Below, piece by piece: positions 38,570 through 48,502 of a stretch of 64,000 bases of DNA. Origin of the DNA: an uncultured Candidatus Saccharibacteria bacterium (GTDB taxonomy: Bacteria > Patescibacteriota > Minisyncoccia > Phycocordibacterales > UBA12088). The notes under the pieces were generated by a model. The model saw only the letters and a program-made list of their open reading frames with translations. It was not told the DNA's origin and made no database searches. Both the position numbers and the translations under genes were made by a program. Numbering within the stretch: the stretch's first letter is position 1; each line of letters starts with the position of its first letter. The DNA lies in assembly GCA_964411375.1 (NCBI GenBank), contig CAYPKR010000002.1, positions 64,894-128,893 of the forward strand, given 5' to 3'.

Positions 38570-38615
38570 CCCCTGCCAAAGTAGCGATATGCGCTCGGCA
38601 GGGGTTTCTTTTTTA
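38570..38615 (+). terminator. intrinsic terminator, plus-oriented, abutting the lysK stop
   Basis: cccctgcc-N20-ggcagggg-tttcttttttat. Confidence 0.65.
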
Positions 38616-40202
38616 TACAGATACTTCTTTGAGTCTCTCAATTAAAAATTTTCGATCCAGAACTGAAAGAAACCATCCTGCTTTTGGACCCGAATCTTTG
38701 CCGAGAAACGATTGGTAGATTGCGCTAAAAAATTGTTTGGCATCAAGTCCACTTTCCTTTCGAATTTCATGGAGCTCCGTGTGCAAATCTTCACCGATCA
38801 GTGGATCAGTTGCTTCGATATACGCACACACTTTTTGAAGTGCCATTTTTTGTTCTGGAGAAAAATGATTTGTCCCTTCTGGAGCAGAATCTTTTGCGAG
38901 CGTAAATTTGAACTGCTCGTCTGCGTACATATCAAGCCAAAACCTTGCAGTATCTGCACGAAGATCTGCCTCCGCTTTGTCCGAATCGGTGAGTGGACTT
39001 CCTTTTATTCGCTCCACTTCAGCAAGCAGCTCAAGATGTGGCATCTGAATAATAAACGCGACTTCAGAAAAGCGCGGCAAGAATCGTTTTTCTATATTTC
39101 TGCGCTCTTCCAGAAAATGAATGAAAGTAAAGAGCCTGGTATCATCGTCCTCGACTCCATTCCATGTTTTTTCGGCGAGTTTGTCGAAGGTGTCGAAAAG
39201 AACGGGCACGGTGTCTCCAGTCGGACTGAAATTAAACTGCTGCATCGGCTCTTTGCCGATCAAAAACAAGCGGAAGAGGTGCGGCGGCAACAGATCAGCA
39301 ACTTCTCTTGCAGACGCTCCCTTCCCTTTTGAGGAAGACATTTTCTTGCCGTCGATCAAGAAAAATTCGTACGGAATATCGAATGGCGGTTCGATTCCGA
39401 ATACTTCTTTTGCAATATGATTTGCCACGTCCCTCGAGCCGCCCTTGGTGGAATGATCTTTCCCCGCGCCTTCAATGTCGACACCAATCACTTTCCATTT
39501 TGCTGCCCACTCCACTTTCCAAGGAAGCTTTGCATTTCCATCAAACGGAGAAATCGATCCGTTATGTCCGCAGCCTTCTGCCCACTCAACCATTTTTGGT
39601 GGACACACATACGAAACTTTTTCGCCATCGAATCCAGTTACTTTGGTCGTGCCAATTTTGCCGCAGTTTTCACAAATGACTTGCAAAGGATACCAATCGT
39701 CTGCTTTTTTTGATCCCGACACTTCAAGATAAATACGACGAATAGCGTCGGCATTTTCAAGTGCCGCACGAATAGTGTCATTAAATTCTCCTGCTTTGTA
39801 TTTTTCACTAAGGCGATAATAGGTTGGTTTGAATCCTGCGTGTTCAATAACGCCTTCAAATTCTTTGCCATAGTATTCGGCAAAGTTTTTTTCTTTTCCA
39901 TCAGGAGAAGGAATCGTGTACAGCGGTTGTCCCATGTACTGCTTGTATTTTTCTTGATCGAGATACACAGGAAGCCCGTCCATCGGATCCATGTCATTTA
40001 TTTCCCACAAAAATTGATTGTCGATTCCCGCTTCAGCCAAAATTTCGGAAACGGTGCCATGAATCGCTGCGCCGCGCATTGAGCCAATATGGACGCGACC
40101 AGAGGCGGTTTTTTCGTCGCGAATCACGAGCGGCTTGCCGCTTTTGATGCGATCTTGGAGTGCCTTTTCAATATTTTCTTTTACAATATCCGCCCAGAAC
40201 AT
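38613..40202 (-). CDS. lysK: lysyl-tRNA synthetase, class I
   Basis: HIGH-region variant HIGSMRGAAIHG and KMSSSKG (the class I LysRS KMSKS variant). 530 aa from the MFWADIV Met. The 76-codon upstream extension in the ORF track was rejected. Confidence 0.85.
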   Translation of the reverse strand: MFWADIVKENIEKALQDRIKSGKPLVIRDEKTASGRVHIGSMRGAAIHGTVSEILAEAGIDNQFLWEINDMDPMDGLPVYLDQEKYKQYMGQPLYTIPSPDGKEKNFAEYYGKEFEGVIEHAGFKPTYYRLSEKYKAGEFNDTIRAALENADAIRRIYLEVSGSKKADDWYPLQVICENCGKIGTTKVTGFDGEKVSYVCPPKMVEWAEGCGHNGSISPFDGNAKLPWKVEWAAKWKVIGVDIEGAGKDHSTKGGSRDVANHIAKEVFGIEPPFDIPYEFFLIDGKKMSSSKGKGASAREVADLLPPHLFRLFLIGKEPMQQFNFSPTGDTVPVLFDTFDKLAEKTWNGVEDDDTRLFTFIHFLEERRNIEKRFLPRFSEVAFIIQMPHLELLAEVERIKGSPLTDSDKAEADLRADTARFWLDMYADEQFKFTLAKDSAPEGTNHFSPEQKMALQKVCAYIEATDPLIGEDLHTELHEIRKESGLDAKQFFSAIYQSFLGKDSGPKAGWFLSVLDRKFLIERLKEVSV

Positions 40203-40479
40203 AGACGTATCATACGGATAATTGACACCTTGCTCAACATGTGGCAAGGTATCACCCAGACAAGTGGAGTCAGGGAAATGGATTTCTGCGCCGGAGTATC
40301 GGAGTGTGCGCCAGCGATCGTGAACTTTCTTGGACCAAAGGAGTCGTCTGTGATGATACTTCTCACAATTGTCGCCTTTCTGGTCATGATGTTCTGTCGA
40401 CAACCACGCGCCAGAAGGAGGTAGCAGCAAGCGCCGCGAGATTTTGTCTCGCGGCGCTCTTCAATTTCAATATCGAGAT

Positions 40480-40950
40480 TTAGGCAACTTCTACGATTTT
40501 GTATGCCTGCTTGCCGTTTGGCGTTTCGAATGAAAACTTTTCATTCTTTTTCTTTCCCATCATTGCTTCACCGAGTGGAGAAAGGTGAGAAATTTTTCGT
40601 TCAAGCATGTTTGCTTCTTCGGACCCTACAATTTCGTACTGATGTGGTTCCTTGTCCCCTTCTTTCTGGATGGTGACTTTTGAACCGAGCGTTACTGCTT
40701 CACTTTTCTTTGGAGAAACGATGCGTGCAGTCTGGAGAATAGTTTCGAGCTTCTTGATACGTTCTTCGGTTGCAGCCTGCAGATCACGTGCTTCCTGGTA
40801 TTCTGCGTTTTCAGAAAGATCTCCGAGTGAGCGAGCATATTCAAGACTCTCGGCGATCTCCTTTCGGCGGACCGTTTTTAAATAATCGAGCTCTTTGGTG
40901 AGCTCTTCGAATTTCTCCTGAGACAAATATTCGGTATTGGTGTCAGTCAT
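40480..40950 (-). CDS. greA: transcription elongation factor GreA
   Basis: N-terminal coiled-coil LGDLSENAEYQEARD and a C-terminal FKBP-like domain. Confidence 0.95.
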   Translation of the reverse strand: MTDTNTEYLSQEKFEELTKELDYLKTVRRKEIAESLEYARSLGDLSENAEYQEARDLQAATEERIKKLETILQTARIVSPKKSEAVTLGSKVTIQKEGDKEPHQYEIVGSEEANMLERKISHLSPLGEAMMGKKKNEKFSFETPNGKQAYKIVEVA

Positions 40951-41450
40951 AAGTTATGTGATTTTTGAATGGGCATATTTTACATGAAATCGAGAGCTTG
41001 TAAAGCGCTGTGCATACATTTCGTCATTATTGCGTCAAATAATGGTGACTGATAGGCTACCGTCTAGAAAACTGTTTGGCGAGTTCTGACCAGTAACGAG
41101 GTATCCCATGGCACGCGATGATCCACTATCCAAAGAAGATCTCGGCACGGGCGTATCCTCGATACCTACAAAGATACGAAAGCGGGAATCGGCGGAAATG
41201 ATCGGAATGGAACCACCCCCTTCACTGAAATATTAACTGCCGTAGAGCAGTGGCCGCATCTGAAACTGGACGCAGTCCTTGCAGCTCTTTTTGTACTGCT
41301 GCCCAATCCGGAAAGGTGCGGGATAATTGTGACCATTCTTGATGAGCTGTACGGAGAGGGTCTCGAGGTTGATCAAGACCCCAAAAAACGAAAATTCGTT
41401 ACACTCAGAGTCGCTCTGAATGAAAAGTAATATCTTCCCCTCCTCCGGAA

Positions 41451-41756
41451 TTGCGGTACCTTATTCTCCATATCCAGACCTATTTCGGTAAGGATTGGAA
41501 GAGGTACGTGCAAGGAGAGCTTTCTAAAGATGGAGATATGTGGAAAGCGATTCCCATTCAAGCTGCTCTTCTGCATGCAGAACTCGATCTGTGGGGCGAA
41601 GCAGTAGATATCATTGAGATTGCGCGTCAGGGGCGAAAGATTAGCGACGAGGCACTTCAGCAAGTCTTTATAGATCTGAAGACCTTAGGATGTCCCAGAG
41701 GACTGGCGGATGTGTTGCGACGAGGATGGAAATTGCCCGCGAGCAAAAGTACGTAA
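41451..41756 (+). CDS. hypothetical protein
   Basis: 101 aa ORF followed directly by a plus-strand terminator. Confidence 0.4.
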   Translation: MRYLILHIQTYFGKDWKRYVQGELSKDGDMWKAIPIQAALLHAELDLWGEAVDIIEIARQGRKISDEALQQVFIDLKTLGCPRGLADVLRRGWKLPASKST

Positions 41757-41773
41757 GAAGCAAACTGGAGTTG

Positions 41774-41809
41774 TGCAGGAAGCGTAGTTGCTTCCTGCAT
41801 TTTTTATTT
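41774..41809 (+). terminator. intrinsic terminator
   Basis: tgcaggaagc-gtagtt-gcttcctgca-ttttttattt. Confidence 0.7.
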
Positions 41810-43501
41810 ATCTTCCAAATATTCTGGTGTATGGGCGGTCATATAATCAAGTGTTTGGCGCATGACGTACGTTGCACCGATCGTGTTGGTGATTGGTCCC
41901 TTCTCCATAATGACGACAAAGGCATAGCGTGGATGTTCATATGGGAAGAAACCCATCACCCAGGAATTATCAAATCGTTTGTCGACACCAAGTTGGGCGG
42001 TTCCCGTTTTTCCTGCGACGGTGACGGCATTAGTATTTAATCCTTTTGCAGTACCGATCAAAACACCTTGTCGCATTCCTTCGCGGACGATTTTGAATTC
42101 AGATTCTGGAATATCGAGTTTGGTTGTTCCAAGTGTTGTTGATGCTTCAAGCGTTGGGGTGATAAGTGTACCGCCATTTGCGATCGACGATACAGCGCGA
42201 AGCATCTGGATCGGCGTCACTTGAAATCCATACTGACCAATGACGGTATTGTAGGTATCTCCAACGCGCCACGGCTCGCCATTAAACATTTTTGCCTTCC
42301 ATTCGGGGCTTGGAATTGTTCCCCCTGCTTCTCCGGCAAGTGAAATGCCTGTTGATGTGGCGAGTCCGAAGAGTGTGGCGTATTTTTCGATATTTTGAAT
42401 TCCCATTCCCTTCTGATCCTGGAATCCGCCACCAATTTCATAAAAATAGACGTCGGATGAATATGCAATTGCGAGGCGCATATCGACGAGTCCATGCGCG
42501 CGCCAGTCGTTGAAACGCGATGGACGCGAAGGATCGTACGGATTTGGAACCAAAATGTAGCCAATTGAGAGAATTTGTTTATTTGGATCAATAACACCCT
42601 CTTCGAGTGCACCGATCGCCATAAACGGCTTCACAATGGATCCTGGAGTGTACAACCCAGAAATAAAACGATCGAGAAACGGTTTTCTTGAATCAGTGTT
42701 GTATCCTGAAATAACTTTTGCATCATCGCCTTGAGTCAAAATATTTGGTTCGTATTCTGGGTAACTCGTAAGCGCAAGGATTTCTCCCGTGTGGACGTCC
42801 ATGATGGCGCCGGCTCCTCCCGTAAACGGCACTTGGTCTGCCAAATTTTTGATGTATCCATACATCGCGCTTTGGACGCGAGAATCGATTGAAAGCGTGA
42901 CACTCCCGCCATCTTTTGGTGGTGCAAAAATACTTTCCGACGTTGTCTTCCCGAGCGCATCAACTTCAACCATTCGACTTCCGTTTTCTCCGGAGAGTTT
43001 TTCATTTTCAGCACGCTCGATTCCTGCGATGCCGATCGTATCGGTTTGATAAAACTTCCCCGCTTTGTCTTGCTTTGGCAGCGCAACGTAGCCGAGGAGA
43101 TGTCCAAATCCTGGTGTATCAATATATGCGCGTCCTAAAAAAGTACTCGAAGCTTCTTCGGTATTCCATGCAAGCTCGTGACCGCGTCGATCATAAATGA
43201 CGCCGCGCCGCGCAAAGACTGCCGTTGTTTCAAGACGGTTCTGTTCACTCCGTTTTTTATACTCTTCTCCATGTGCAATTTGGAGCGAGTAGAGTCGTGT
43301 CACGAGAAGTATTCCGATTAAAAATACGGAAGCGCCGAATATGCGAATGGCGCGTTTTCCGATCGGTCGTTCAAGTCTGCCTTCCATTTGATTTCGGTCA
43401 AAGTCAGGAAGATTTCTTGAATCAAGAAAAATTTCGTCCGGATCTATTTCGGCGCTTCGGCGCTTGCTTCTTTTTTTAATTTTGCCGAAGGGAGTCTGCA
43501 T
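41804..43501 (-). CDS. mrdA: class B penicillin-binding protein 2 (elongasome transpeptidase)
   Basis: SxxK (SIVK), SSD and KTGTAQ motifs. Immediately downstream of mreBCD. Confidence 0.88.
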   Translation of the reverse strand: MQTPFGKIKKRSKRRSAEIDPDEIFLDSRNLPDFDRNQMEGRLERPIGKRAIRIFGASVFLIGILLVTRLYSLQIAHGEEYKKRSEQNRLETTAVFARRGVIYDRRGHELAWNTEEASSTFLGRAYIDTPGFGHLLGYVALPKQDKAGKFYQTDTIGIAGIERAENEKLSGENGSRMVEVDALGKTTSESIFAPPKDGGSVTLSIDSRVQSAMYGYIKNLADQVPFTGGAGAIMDVHTGEILALTSYPEYEPNILTQGDDAKVISGYNTDSRKPFLDRFISGLYTPGSIVKPFMAIGALEEGVIDPNKQILSIGYILVPNPYDPSRPSRFNDWRAHGLVDMRLAIAYSSDVYFYEIGGGFQDQKGMGIQNIEKYATLFGLATSTGISLAGEAGGTIPSPEWKAKMFNGEPWRVGDTYNTVIGQYGFQVTPIQMLRAVSSIANGGTLITPTLEASTTLGTTKLDIPESEFKIVREGMRQGVLIGTAKGLNTNAVTVAGKTGTAQLGVDKRFDNSWVMGFFPYEHPRYAFVVIMEKGPITNTIGATYVMRQTLDYMTAHTPEYLEDK

Positions 43502-43521
43502 AGATGAACCATATCAAATTT

Positions 43522-43794
43522 TTACATTCCGGGGAAAAAATACGCTCGGAGCCCTGGACGAGCGAGGATTACAAGCATAAAAATTGCCGTATAGAAAAAT
43601 CCAAAATGGAATCCAAACAACAATGTGTTTCCATAGAGTGAATCAAGAATGACGCCGATTGCAATTACCTCAACAAAGCCAAATTGGAAGAGTACCGCGA
43701 GTGCTAGGATGACCGAAATCCACCACGGCAGAGTATACGAGACAACCAGAAGTGCAAAAAACAGAGAAACGCGGATCCAGGAATCCTTATTCAT
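43522..43794 (-). CDS. mreD: rod shape-determining protein MreD
   Basis: 90-aa polytopic membrane protein between mreC and mrdA. Confidence 0.6.
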   Translation of the reverse strand: MNKDSWIRVSLFFALLVVSYTLPWWISVILALAVLFQFGFVEVIAIGVILDSLYGNTLLFGFHFGFFYTAIFMLVILARPGLRAYFFPGM

Positions 43795-44596
43795 GGACTT
43801 TAGGAATTACTTCTACAAAACGTAGCCCTTGGAGAGTAAAAGGTGAAGCGGCAAGAACAGTTTCAAATGCGTCAGCAGGTTTTTCAAACACTGCGCCAAC
43901 CGATGCGATCAGGATGGTTTCTGCTCCAGGAAGTACGACAGGCGAATCGGTTGCGACCGAAACGCCACGCGGAAGTTTTATCAAAAAATTTCCACCGCCC
44001 TGCCCTGCGAGCGTCACGGCGATTGAGCTTGTCGCTGCAAGCAGAATTGCGGGCGTTTCGACGCTCGGAGATGAATACAGCACCACTTCGGAAGTTCCCT
44101 TTCCGGTATGCGAAATAGTTCCAACTGCAATGTCTCCCCACGCAACAACTGGGTCGTGTAGAGAAACACCGTCTTCGGTACCTGCATCAATCAGTATCGT
44201 GTCATAGGGAGTGTGTGGTGGACCACTCAAAACGCCCGCAAAAATACCTTTTGTCTCTCCTTTTTTTCGAAGCAAATCCATGAAAGTTTGATTGCTTGCA
44301 CGAAGTGCCGCAGTTGTTTTTTCCTTTGCTTCAAGTTCACTGATCGTATTTTTGAGACGAGCATTTTCTTCTGTGAGTGAACGATTTGATCTAAGTAGCA
44401 CTTGTATTCCCGAAAAACCACCGGTAATCCGATTTGATACAAACCAAATTGGTCTGCCGGCAGTAAAAATCGCCGAGCGAAGAAACGCCGGCGGTGCAAT
44501 AAAAAATAAAAGGATACATGCTCCAATACCCCCCGCAAGATAGAGCGTAAGTCGTTTTGATCTTTTGTTATGTTCCCGGCGAGAGCGCATCTTCAC
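43787..44596 (-). CDS. mreC: rod shape-determining protein MreC
   Basis: N-terminal TM, a coiled-coil (ENARLKNTISELEAKEK) and a C-terminal beta domain. Confidence 0.85.
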   Translation of the reverse strand: MKMRSRREHNKRSKRLTLYLAGGIGACILLFFIAPPAFLRSAIFTAGRPIWFVSNRITGGFSGIQVLLRSNRSLTEENARLKNTISELEAKEKTTAALRASNQTFMDLLRKKGETKGIFAGVLSGPPHTPYDTILIDAGTEDGVSLHDPVVAWGDIAVGTISHTGKGTSEVVLYSSPSVETPAILLAATSSIAVTLAGQGGGNFLIKLPRGVSVATDSPVVLPGAETILIASVGAVFEKPADAFETVLAASPFTLQGLRFVEVIPKVHE

Positions 44597-45653
44597 TTTC
44601 GATCAATACTTCCACATATTGCGGAAGATTCTCAATAATAACACCGGTTCCTCGAACGACCGAAGAGAGCGGATCTTGCGCGCGATAGACCGGAATCTGC
44701 AAAACCGAGCTTAAAAATTCTGGCATGCCACGAATCAAAGCGCCGCCGCCGGTTAGATGAATTCCTTTTTGCATCACGTCAGCAAGAACTTCAGGGGGCG
44801 TTGTTTCAAGAACTTCACGTACCGTTTCGACAAGTGTATCGATTGAGTGAGTGATTGCTTCTCGAATATCGGCATCAGTTATGACGATTTCGCGCGGGAG
44901 TCCAGTGACCAAATCTCGTCCGCGAACAGTCGCTTCAATCGGGTCTCCGGTTGCCGCGACTGAACATGCTGCAATTTTGAGTTCTTCTGCGGTTTTTTCA
45001 CCAATCAATATTTTGAATTCGCTGCGGATATATCCGGCGATATCGGCATTCAATTTATCACCTGCGATACGAAGATTTCGTGCACGAACAATTCCAGAGA
45101 GAGAAATGACCGCAATATCGGTAGTACCACCGCCAATATCGATAACCATGCTTCCCATTGGGGCATGTACCGGCAGTTTGATTCCGATTGCAGCTGCCAT
45201 TGGTTCTTCCACAATAAATACTTCGCGTGCACCAGCATTTTTTGCTGCATCCCTCACGGCACGTGTTTCTACGTTCGTGATTCCAGACGGAACACCAATC
45301 ACCACCCGTGGACCAAAAATAGTTCGTCGTCCTTCTTGCGCTTTATTAATGAGGTACGCAAGCATTTCCTCAGTAACTTCGAAATCTGAAATAACGCCAT
45401 CAACAAGTGGTCGGATGGCAACAATATGTCCAGGCGTGCGACCAAGCATGTCTTTCGCTTGCGTTCCAACGGCAACAACCTGTCCGGTTTTTTGATTCAC
45501 CGCAACAACGGAGGGCTCGGAAACGATGATTCCCTTTCCGCGAAGATACACAAGCGTATTCGCGGTTCCAAGATCGATACCAATATCGTTCGAAAGCAAA
45601 TGCGAAAATCGCCCAAACAGTTTATTTGAAATTTTATGAAGGAAATTTGGCAT
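44568..45653 (-). CDS. mreB: rod shape-determining protein MreB (copy 1)
   Basis: DIGIDLGTANTLVY, DIGGGTTD and actin-fold motifs. The start is taken at the MPNFLHK Met. Confidence 0.93.
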   Translation of the reverse strand: MPNFLHKISNKLFGRFSHLLSNDIGIDLGTANTLVYLRGKGIIVSEPSVVAVNQKTGQVVAVGTQAKDMLGRTPGHIVAIRPLVDGVISDFEVTEEMLAYLINKAQEGRRTIFGPRVVIGVPSGITNVETRAVRDAAKNAGAREVFIVEEPMAAAIGIKLPVHAPMGSMVIDIGGGTTDIAVISLSGIVRARNLRIAGDKLNADIAGYIRSEFKILIGEKTAEELKIAACSVAATGDPIEATVRGRDLVTGLPREIVITDADIREAITHSIDTLVETVREVLETTPPEVLADVMQKGIHLTGGGALIRGMPEFLSSVLQIPVYRAQDPLSSVVRGTGVIIENLPQYVEVLIESEDALSPGT

Positions 45654-45739
45654 ATATATCAAGACGCAAGTTTCCGCTTCCCGATTGGGGCGCATGAACC
45701 GCTACTCTTTCAAAGAAAATTGTTCGTCGTTTCGATTCG

Positions 45740-46999
45740 TTATTTTGTAACGAATCCGATTAGTTCTTGTTCGTCTACGTGTGACACTTCTCCACTCTTC
45801 CGCTCAACTACTTCGATTTTTCCTTCCGCAATTGTTTTTGCGGATACGACTGCGCGGTATGGAAGTCCGAGAAGATCGCTGTCGGCAAATTTTTCTCCTG
45901 CGCGCAAGTCGCGATCATCAAAGAGTACCTGAACTCCTTGTGCGGTCAAATCGGTGTATAGCTTCTCTGCGGCCGTACTGACTTCCGAATCATTTCCAAG
46001 CTGAACAAGATGAATCTGAAATGGCGCCACTTCAAGCGGCCAAACAATTCCAGATTCGTCAGAAAGAGCTTCAACGATTGTACCCACGAGGCGTGCAGGA
46101 CCGATACCGTAACAACCCATGATTACTGGCTGATCTTCACCGGCCTCATTTTTATACGAAAGATTGAGCGCTTTTGAAAAACGGGTGCCGAGAGAAAAAA
46201 TATTTCCTACTTCGATTGACTTTGCTTCACGAAGTTCGTCTCGCTTCACGCCAAGATCAGCGAGGACTTCGTCAGTTAGTACTTCTTTGTTGATCGCAAT
46301 TTTCTTTCCGTCGTGAATGTATGAAAGATCCTCGCCTGCCTCTGATTCTGTCTGAAATTCGTGACTGTATTTACTGAATGCGCCTCCCGAAGCAAATGTT
46401 TGATATGTAATTGCTCCGATACCCGCTCGTTCAAAAATTCTTTTGTATGCACCGGCTATCGATTCATAAATCTTTGCATGATCTTCTTCGTTTGCCGCAA
46501 ATGAATACAAATCTTTCATGATGAATTCTCGCGTGCGCATTATGCCCGACTTTGCGCGTGTTTCATTTCGAAACTTTGTTTGGAATTGATACGCCAAGGT
46601 CGGCAAATCTTTGTACGACTGCACAAATTGCTTCATCAGATTGGTGATGTCTTCTTCGTGTGTCCAACCAAAACCAACATCGCCTCCTGTTTTCAAAGTT
46701 GATTTAAACCAGACATCAACTTCGTCATCACTCCACCGATTTGTTTTCTTCCATAATTCAGGATCTTGAAGAGAAGACATTACCAACTCTTGCCCGCCAA
46801 CCGCATTCATTTCTTCACGGATTATGTTCATGATCCGCTCCAAAACAATGAGCCCAAGCGGCAGAAATGTATACACACCTGCCATTTCTTTGTGAATATA
46901 GCCGCCTCTGATGAGGAGTTCGGCATTTTTGGCAACCTCGTCTTTGGGCGCTTCTTTGCGGGTCTTGGTGAAGAGCTTCGACTGTCTCATGTATGGCAC
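45740..46999 (-). CDS. proS: prolyl-tRNA synthetase (short form without a large editing insertion)
   Basis: The N-terminus matches ProRS (LLIRGGYI..GVYTFLPLGL). Class II motifs are present and the C-terminal anticodon-binding domain is recognisable. 419 aa. Confidence 0.85.
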   Translation of the reverse strand: MPYMRQSKLFTKTRKEAPKDEVAKNAELLIRGGYIHKEMAGVYTFLPLGLIVLERIMNIIREEMNAVGGQELVMSSLQDPELWKKTNRWSDDEVDVWFKSTLKTGGDVGFGWTHEEDITNLMKQFVQSYKDLPTLAYQFQTKFRNETRAKSGIMRTREFIMKDLYSFAANEEDHAKIYESIAGAYKRIFERAGIGAITYQTFASGGAFSKYSHEFQTESEAGEDLSYIHDGKKIAINKEVLTDEVLADLGVKRDELREAKSIEVGNIFSLGTRFSKALNLSYKNEAGEDQPVIMGCYGIGPARLVGTIVEALSDESGIVWPLEVAPFQIHLVQLGNDSEVSTAAEKLYTDLTAQGVQVLFDDRDLRAGEKFADSDLLGLPYRAVVSAKTIAEGKIEVVERKSGEVSHVDEQELIGFVTK

Positions 47000-47026
47000 A
47001 TTGTACCGTAAAAAAAGGTGCGGTCA

Positions 47027-47065
47027 AAAAGAATCCGCGCTGCCAAAGGCAGCGCGGATTCTTTT
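47027..47065. terminator. strong bidirectional intrinsic terminator
   Basis: aaaagaatccgcgctgcc-aaa-ggcagcgcggattctttt. 18-bp stem. Confidence 0.8.
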
Positions 47066-47066
47066 C

Positions 47067-47381
47067 CTAATGCACGGTTTTTTCCTCAATTTCACACGCT
47101 GCGACTTCCTCCATAATTTCGCCCAAATCATCAGAATCGAATGTGTGCGAATCGGGAAGCCAGTGTTTATCAGCCCAAACGCCAAATTTATTTCCAAACC
47201 CTTCTGCTATCCATTTTCCCCAAGCTTCAGGAGTTGGATGTGGATTATCACCCAGAGGAACCTCCTCCCCGGCAAACCACGCTACCAAGGTTGCTTGCAG
47301 CAATCCTTTTTGTACCAAGTCCTCATTCACCCATGCACCCTCGTGACCCTTGGGTTCATTTGTATTTCCTTCAAACTTCAT
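47067..47381 (-). CDS. hypothetical acidic Trp-rich protein
   Basis: 104 aa bounded by a terminator. No motif recognised. Confidence 0.45.
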   Translation of the reverse strand: MKFEGNTNEPKGHEGAWVNEDLVQKGLLQATLVAWFAGEEVPLGDNPHPTPEAWGKWIAEGFGNKFGVWADKHWLPDSHTFDSDDLGEIMEEVAACEIEEKTVH

Positions 47382-47393
47382 AGCAGAAATAAA

Positions 47394-48500
47394 TTACAAC
47401 AATTTTAGCACGTCATGTACGGTCACCAGTGCCATAAGTACGAGGAGCAAAATAATACCGACAGTGTTTGCCATATTTGCAACTTTTGGTGAGATCGGCT
47501 TTCGGCGAATTGTTTCAATCAAGACAAATAGCAATCGTCCCCCGTCAAGTGCTGGAAATGGAAGGACATTGATGACCGCAAGATTGAGTGAAATAAATGC
47601 AGTAAACGTAAGGAGATAAATAAATCCGAGATTTGATGCATCGCCAACCAAATTAGCAATCCCAATAGGTCCCGTTATCTCGCCGAGATTTGCATTTAGA
47701 GTAAATGCGCTTCCAAAAAATGTAAGGAGCCCAGTCGCAACATCAGTTGTTTTTTGGACAGTCATTAAGAATCCCTGACCGATTGCAGGAAGGAATCCGA
47801 GCTGAACGGTTCCTGCGAGCGCCATCACGATTCCTGCAGCCGGACGATTTGGATCATCGGGGACGAGTCCGGTTACGGGATTTAGCGATACTTTGGACAT
47901 TGAATCTCCGCGAAGATACGTGATTGTCACTGTACTGCCGCCGCTTTGGCTTATGATACTTGCCGCTGACTCTGGCGTGAGCGCATTTCCCATTACGATT
48001 GCGCCGTTGGCATCGATTTCAGTGAGCTGATCTCCCGGCTTAAGACCTGCCTTCTCTCCCGGTGCATCCGGCATAACGCTAATGAGTTCCACATGCGCAT
48101 TTTGAACCGACTCTCGATCAGCGGGAGCAACGGCGGTTGGCATGCCGATCATGAATCCGATCGAAAAGAGCACCCATGCAAAAATAATGTTTCCAAAAAT
48201 ACCGGCAAGCAAAATAAGTGATTTTGCCCACCACGGCTTGTGCACAAAACTCCTCTTTGAATCGGTGCCATTGGTCGATTCTTCGTCCGGGTCTTCGCCA
48301 AATATCTTTACGTAGCCGCCAATAGGAAGAAGGTTGAGAACATACCGCGTCTCGCCGTACTTCTTTCCATAAATCTTAGGCGGAAATCCTAGCGCAAATT
48401 CATCAACCCGAACTCCAAGTTTTTTTGCGGCAAGAAAATGCCCGAGCTCATGCACAAACACGAGCGCACCAAGAACTAAAATGAAAATAATGACCGTCAT
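47394..48500 (-). CDS. rseP: site-2 protease RseP (M50 zinc metalloprotease with PDZ)
   Basis: HELGH zinc motif in TM1, a PDZ domain and a C-terminal LDGG motif. Confidence 0.9.
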   Translation of the reverse strand: MTVIIFILVLGALVFVHELGHFLAAKKLGVRVDEFALGFPPKIYGKKYGETRYVLNLLPIGGYVKIFGEDPDEESTNGTDSKRSFVHKPWWAKSLILLAGIFGNIIFAWVLFSIGFMIGMPTAVAPADRESVQNAHVELISVMPDAPGEKAGLKPGDQLTEIDANGAIVMGNALTPESAASIISQSGGSTVTITYLRGDSMSKVSLNPVTGLVPDDPNRPAAGIVMALAGTVQLGFLPAIGQGFLMTVQKTTDVATGLLTFFGSAFTLNANLGEITGPIGIANLVGDASNLGFIYLLTFTAFISLNLAVINVLPFPALDGGRLLFVLIETIRRKPISPKVANMANTVGIILLLVLMALVTVHDVLKLL

Positions 48501-48502
48501 GG

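Noticed and set aside
40203-40430. 76-codon N-terminal extension of class I LysRS.
   Set aside because: It is Trp/His/Arg-rich with no homology. The conserved LysRS N-terminus begins at MFWADIV.
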